Source: Promethearchaeota archaeon
GTDB taxonomy: Archaea > Asgardarchaeota > Lokiarchaeia > Sigyniarchaeales > SOKP01
DNA: 64,000 bases
Direction of reading: 5' to 3'
NCBI GenBank assembly: GCA_048938005.1
Contig: JBHLMQ010000001.1
Location: 32,001 to 96,000 of the forward strand
Below are positions 59,454 to 64,000 of the stretch, piece after piece. The position numbers were made by a program, and so were the translations under genes. Every line of letters begins with the position of its first letter. Position 1 is the stretch's first letter. The notes beneath the pieces were generated by a model. That model searched no databases. It had not been told where the DNA came from and saw only the letters and a program-made list of their open reading frames with translations.

Positions 59454-59987
59454 TCACATTTTTTCTAAGATTGAAAGAATTTCTTGTAAAATTTCCTCAA
59501 CTGTAAGGTTTTCTGTATTTATAATTAGGTCATATGTTTTTTTTACTACTTCTTGATCGCTCAAATCGATATTATAGAGATGTTTAAATCGTGCTAATTC
59601 TGATTCTTCTCTCAATTTCGTCTCTTTTAACTTTTCTTCATAAGGTGTACTGTCTCTTTCGGCCATTCGTTTAACTCTGATTTCTAATGGACATAATAAT
59701 AATATTTTAAAATCTGCTATAGATTTCAGAATATATCCACTTAATTGACTGTCAATAATGATATTCCCTTTTTGGGCAATTTCAATTATTTTTTCATCTA
59801 ATTTTTCATCTATTTCAGGATTTTTTTCAACATATTCAGTAAATTCTTCTAATGTCATATTCATTTCTTGTGCAAGATCTCTAAATGCTTGTCCAGTGCT
59901 GTAATATCGGATTCTTAAATTTTTTGCAATTAGTTTTCCTATTGTACTTTTACCAGTTCCGTGGAGACCTGAAATAGTCAAGATCAT
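59454..59987 (-). CDS. cmk: Cytidylate kinase (archaeal type)
   Basis: ISGLHGTGKST, STGQAFR, RE.SE..RF..LYNID; located between eL34 and eL14. Confidence 0.9.
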   Translation of the reverse strand: MILTISGLHGTGKSTIGKLIAKNLRIRYYSTGQAFRDLAQEMNMTLEEFTEYVEKNPEIDEKLDEKIIEIAQKGNIIIDSQLSGYILKSIADFKILLLCPLEIRVKRMAERDSTPYEEKLKETKLREESELARFKHLYNIDLSDQEVVKKTYDLIINTENLTVEEILQEILSILEKM

Positions 59988-60092
59988 TATATTATAAATT
60001 GTGTGATTTAGAATATTAATTCAATTATTAAAATGAAAATTTATGATTTTTTCTATTAAAACTATAGAATCAAGAAAAAAATTAAAAATGAA

Positions 60093-60362
60093 TTATTGAC
60101 TCCAAACCGTTTCTTTTATTAAAGATTGAAGACATTTTGCGCAATATCTTCCACTTTCCGTTCTATTTGCTCTTCTCGCTGTTTTATATGTTTTAGTCAT
60201 TTTGGAAGGTCGTAATCTTGGAATAGATTGAAGTGGTTTTTTACAAATGGCACAAATTGCTCTTTTGGGTTTTCTTCTCCAATAATGGGTAATATTTTGG
60301 TTTCCGGGGGTTCTTAATTTCTTCCTAGCTTGAGCTTTAGATCGTAAGCTTGGACGTGGAAT
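60093..60362 (-). CDS. rpl34e: 50S ribosomal protein eL34 (missed by the ORF track; ATT start)
   Basis: (M)PRPSLRSKAQARKKLRTPGNQNITHYWRRKPKRAICAICKKPL...RANRTESGRYCAKCLQSLIKETVWSQ*, 89 aa. Confidence 0.93.
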   Translation of the reverse strand: MPRPSLRSKAQARKKLRTPGNQNITHYWRRKPKRAICAICKKPLQSIPRLRPSKMTKTYKTARRANRTESGRYCAKCLQSLIKETVWSQ

Positions 60363-60457
60363 TGCAATTACCTTTTTTTTCTTATTTTTGAGATAATATT
60401 AAATTAAAAATAATATGAAGTTAAAGAGCAGAAGAAATATTAATTTTGCGATTTTTA

Positions 60458-61096
60458 TTAAGTTTTTAGAGTTATTTTATTTTGAAATTCTTTAAATATA
60501 TGATATAAATTATCTATGAATTCCTCTTTTATTTTCGCATCATATTTAAGTTTATCAATGTTATTTAATGCTTTTTTTTGAAGTGACTTAACCCTAAATA
60601 AAATATCATCTAATCCTGGAAAATCATTTAGATTATGAGTCAATTCTTCGAATAAGTTAAAGATAAAGTCATTTTTTGTTAAACCGTCTAAAGATAAAGC
60701 ATCCATTAGAGTTATAAAAGAAGAGGTTATTTCTGACGTAATACCTGGTAATTCTAGAAAAGTTCGATTTTTCGTAGATAATTTATCATCTGATAAATTT
60801 AGGGAAGAAACTCGATTTATAATAGTAATTGCGGTTTTGTATTCGTGGGAAATATCCATTTTTTTTAATAAATCTGACAAGTGGAGATTATTCTCTTTTA
60901 GGATAAAGTTTAACTTTATTAAATTATTCATAGTACTTTTTAAAGCTTTTCTGAAGAAATTATCATTAACTATACCTTTTTGATATTTATTATTCAAGTT
61001 TGTTATAGATTTAACTAATGCGAAGAGCTCAGATTCAATTTTTATTTTATTATCGGAAGCAATGTAATTATCTTCAACCATATTAAAGTTTAACAA
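60458..61096 (-). CDS. vps28: Vps28-like protein (ESCRT-I subunit homologue)
   Basis: SELFALVKSITNLNNKYQKGIV resembles the Vps28 N-terminal helix. SEITSSFITLMDALSL resembles the C-terminal bundle motif FITxMDxLxL. Confidence 0.75.
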   Translation of the reverse strand: MLNFNMVEDNYIASDNKIKIESELFALVKSITNLNNKYQKGIVNDNFFRKALKSTMNNLIKLNFILKENNLHLSDLLKKMDISHEYKTAITIINRVSSLNLSDDKLSTKNRTFLELPGITSEITSSFITLMDALSLDGLTKNDFIFNLFEELTHNLNDFPGLDDILFRVKSLQKKALNNIDKLKYDAKIKEEFIDNLYHIFKEFQNKITLKT

Positions 61097-61144
61097 TTAT
61101 AAATTGAAATTTATATATAAGGTTTGGATTGAGAGTTAATAAAT

Positions 61145-62071
61145 TTAACCAAATATTGTTGGGCGTAAAAAGTAGAATAATATCGCAACTAAAACACCAA
61201 TGATAATAGTAGGGATTAATACTCGAGTAGTTGAAGAATTACTTAATTCTCTCATAGCTAGGGTCATCAAAATAGGAACCCATACTGCAATAGTTAATGC
61301 ATCAATTATATCTAATATTGCCCAGGTTCTCGCATTAAACATTTGATTTAATACTGTGTCATCAAAAGGAGTAATAATAGCAGTAGTTACACTCGGAAAG
61401 GCGAATAGAATAATTAATATTTTTAAAGAATTTATCAATAAAAATGGTGTGAATGCACATAACATCATTTTGAATTTATGTGATCCTTCTAATTGTAGCA
61501 TTGTACCACCTTTATATATACTGAATGGACTTACATCTGCTTCTTTATATTTTTCTTTTTGTTCTTTAAATGAGCCAAAACGCTTTTCTAATTTATCTGT
61601 GAATCCTACAGCATAATTAGCTCCTTTACTAAACAACCATATTAGAATTGCAAAAAAAATTAATTCAAAGCAGAAACCAAATACAAAAAAAGTAGCAAAA
61701 AAACTTATATTAAACAAGAAGTGTGTGAGTGAAAAAGCAGGGGCGTTACTAAAGTTAAAATGTGAAAGAAATGCTATGCCCATTAGGCCATATAATATTG
61801 AACAAAATAATAAAATCAGCCATCCTGGTGCTTTACTTCTTTTATGATTGATATCATGAAAAGCTTTTGGGGCATTCACAAAAAGATAAAAAATTTTCAT
61901 ATACCATGGGTATGGAGCAGTCCATTCTGCTTCATATCTTCTAAAAAACCTAATTTTTTCAATCCTTTCAATTTTTAATCTAAAACCACAGAAATTACAG
62001 GCAAAACTATCAGCAGTATTCTCGTTTCCGCATCTAGGACAACGCTGAAATGCTGCAACTGTCTGAGACAT
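61145..62071 (-). CDS. Yip1-domain membrane protein with N-terminal zinc ribbon
   Basis: CPRC...CNFC, then LFVNAPKAFHDI, then about 5 TM helices. Confidence 0.7.
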   Translation of the reverse strand: MSQTVAAFQRCPRCGNENTADSFACNFCGFRLKIERIEKIRFFRRYEAEWTAPYPWYMKIFYLFVNAPKAFHDINHKRSKAPGWLILLFCSILYGLMGIAFLSHFNFSNAPAFSLTHFLFNISFFATFFVFGFCFELIFFAILIWLFSKGANYAVGFTDKLEKRFGSFKEQKEKYKEADVSPFSIYKGGTMLQLEGSHKFKMMLCAFTPFLLINSLKILIILFAFPSVTTAIITPFDDTVLNQMFNARTWAILDIIDALTIAVWVPILMTLAMRELSNSSTTRVLIPTIIIGVLVAILFYFLRPTIFG

Positions 62072-62195
62072 TCTTTCTAATATATTTTAATAATTTTAAT
62101 AATAATCATATAATAAAATAATCTTATAAACATTTCTTCAAATTTTGAAATCATCTTATAATTAGAATTTTCTGTAAATAGGTATTTCGTATCAA

Positions 62196-63257
62196 TTACC
62201 GAAATTCTATTATGAAATGTGCGTTTTCTTTTTTAATATAATATTTTCTGTTTAAAAATAATTTAATTAATTCTAAATTAGTTTTAGTATGATTTGTAAT
62301 CTCGAGTACTTTTATTCTTGACGGCTCCTTAGCGAAAGCCATGAATGGTATTAATTGATCGCTTAAATAATTGTCAACGGGAATCTCTTTTTTAATATAT
62401 TTGACAAGTTCATTAACAGCCAGTTTAGCAAGATTTTCTGAAGTAATATTTCTTTCTCCTAGTATTGTTCCTGAAGAAATGATAGCTCCCGTATCTGAAC
62501 AAGCCCATAAAGAAAGTCCTACCCCTGGACTCAATGAATTTACATATTTAAAATCAATTTTAATATCCGTTTTTAGATTTTTCTTTAGTTGTTCAAGTGC
62601 AGATTTTTGTATTCTCTCGCCCACCTTATTTCTTCTTAATTGATTAGTAATTATTATTTCTCCCTGAATTAAATCTAAGTTTCCTAATTCGATTAGAGAG
62701 ATAGGCATAATCTTATTTTTGGGAGGGAATAGAGTACATTTTACAAGAGCACCTCCTTTTGGATAAAAACCATGTTTCTGAATATCAACATCAATCTTAA
62801 AACCATAATTTTTAAAAATCTTATATGTAACTTCTTTAAGATAATTAAGACTTGGAGCCCATTTGCCAAAAGTTCCCCCTCCATCGACTAAAATTTCAAT
62901 TTTTTCTTGTCCGTTGAATCTCATACAAGCTATCTGGACAGGTTGAAGTAACAGTCCTATGCTTCCAGCTGTTCCAATCTCAACCTTAATATTATTTTTT
63001 ATTGATTGATAAGGGTGTAATGTGATTTCTGTAGTCCCAACTCTACATTCAGATAATTTGCTATTTGTTAATTCCGATAATGTTTTTAATCCCATTAAAT
63101 GTTGTAACCTTAATCCAGGTTTAGGTCTATTTGCTCTTATATTTTTTATTCGAATTGATCGCATAAATAATACTGAAAATCCTGCTCCTATTCGAAGTAT
63201 TGCACCTCCACCTTCTCCGAAAGAGCCATCAATATCTAAAAATTTCCCTACTGCCAT
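62196..63257 (-). CDS. rtcA: RNA 3'-terminal phosphate cyclase
   Basis: DGSFGEGGGAILR, RPKPGLRLQH, GFYPKGG, DQL and catalytic His in TNHTKTN. Confidence 0.93.
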   Translation of the reverse strand: MAVGKFLDIDGSFGEGGGAILRIGAGFSVLFMRSIRIKNIRANRPKPGLRLQHLMGLKTLSELTNSKLSECRVGTTEITLHPYQSIKNNIKVEIGTAGSIGLLLQPVQIACMRFNGQEKIEILVDGGGTFGKWAPSLNYLKEVTYKIFKNYGFKIDVDIQKHGFYPKGGALVKCTLFPPKNKIMPISLIELGNLDLIQGEIIITNQLRRNKVGERIQKSALEQLKKNLKTDIKIDFKYVNSLSPGVGLSLWACSDTGAIISSGTILGERNITSENLAKLAVNELVKYIKKEIPVDNYLSDQLIPFMAFAKEPSRIKVLEITNHTKTNLELIKLFLNRKYYIKKENAHFIIEFR

Positions 63258-63260
63258 GAG

Positions 63261-64000
63261 TTATTTACTTTTTTTATACAAAGACTGTATTCGATTAATT
63301 CCATTGATTTCTTCAATTAATTCAACTATTTCTTTTGGAACTAAAGTTTTCCACGTTTTATTATTCTTTATAATTAGATTTCTAATATTATTTCCATTAA
63401 ACTTTTTATTAAAAATGGTTAGTTTTTTCTCAACCTTAATTCCTTTATTAAAAAATAATTCTCTTACCCAATCACTATTAGAAAAAATTGAATTAAATTC
63501 CCCTACAATTGAGACTACATGATCTACCCATTTTTTAGCATTAAAGATATCTGGAATATAATATATTTCATATCTCTTGGACTGGAAACCCCTTTTTTCT
63601 AAGGATGCATTGAGAAATTTTTTTCGTTCTTCGCTAGTAAAGGGATCATTTAAAGTGTGGGATAATTGGGAGCTTCCTATTCCAATTTTTACTTTTTCAT
63701 ATGTTTTTAAAATACTTTTAAGAACATAAATATGACCATGATGTAGAGGTTGAAATCTCCCAATAAATAAAGCAATGCTGTTTTTCCCTTCGGTTCGTTT
63801 AATTTCTTTCTCAAAAAGAGATAACACGCTTGTGTTTAATAATTTTTTCCATATTTTTTTTGAATAATCGATATTTCTTCTATGCTCCAACAGATTTAGA
63901 AGTTCAGTCTTATTATAAAACTTACTGAATTTAACATCTAACTCTTTCGGATTAGGATTTAATGGAACATTGCGGTCAACAATTCCTAGAAAAACATATG
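63261..64000 (-). CDS. nadM: Nicotinamide-nucleotide adenylyltransferase with an N-terminal extra (possibly Nudix/IDI-like) domain; 5' truncated by window edge
   Basis: FIGRFQPLHHGH, GIGSSQ and DPFTSEER motifs. The frame is open to the window end (YVFLGIVDRNVPLNPNPKELD...). Confidence 0.85.
   Translation of the reverse strand, partial: YVFLGIVDRNVPLNPNPKELDVKFSKFYNKTELLNLLEHRRNIDYSKKIWKKLLNTSVLSLFEKEIKRTEGKNSIALFIGRFQPLHHGHIYVLKSILKTYEKVKIGIGSSQLSHTLNDPFTSEERKKFLNASLEKRGFQSKRYEIYYIPDIFNAKKWVDHVVSIVGEFNSIFSNSDWVRELFFNKGIKVEKKLTIFNKKFNGNNIRNLIIKNNKTWKTLVPKEIVELIEEINGINRIQSLYKKSK

Noticed and set aside
1-64000. Genome-wide TAG reassignment
   Set aside because: TAG is the evident terminator of conserved genes (secY 58057, P1 56316, FAH 53167), whose C-termini are complete.
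1-64000. CRISPR arrays, IS elements, integrases, rRNA
   Set aside because: No regularly spaced repeats, transposase or integrase ORFs, or long GC-rich structural RNA seen by eye.

Overview
This is an AT-rich archaeal chromosome segment, most consistent with Lokiarchaeia (Asgard archaea). The evidence is a Vps28-like ESCRT-I gene, LITAF-like zinc-ribbon genes, archaeal ribosomal proteins, ether-lipid genes and methanopterin genes. It carries methanopterin biosynthesis genes, a GGR-GGGPS-DGGGPS lipid cluster, a glycoside phosphorylase/sulfatase/oxidoreductase catabolic region, shikimate pathway genes, two orphan N6-adenine methyltransferases, the uL11-uL1-uL10-P1 and secY-EMC3 genes, and an inverted eL34-cmk-eL14-tRNA block. 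The top finding is an unannotated 56-aa zinc-ribbon gene (47471-47670) interrupted by a 29-nt insert (47572-47600) that folds into a bulge-helix-bulge/loop motif. Cutting at the canonical tRNA-splicing-endonuclease positions removes a premature TGA and restores the second CxxC, so this is a candidate pre-mRNA intron in an Asgard archaeon. A tRNA-Ser(GGA) in the same window has two BHB introns, one at a non-canonical T-loop position. Other oddities are probable ATT-type start codons, an in-frame TAG in an oxidoreductase, a poly-Gly membrane micropeptide and a GH1 pseudogene. All family assignments come from motif recognition by eye; no database searches were run.
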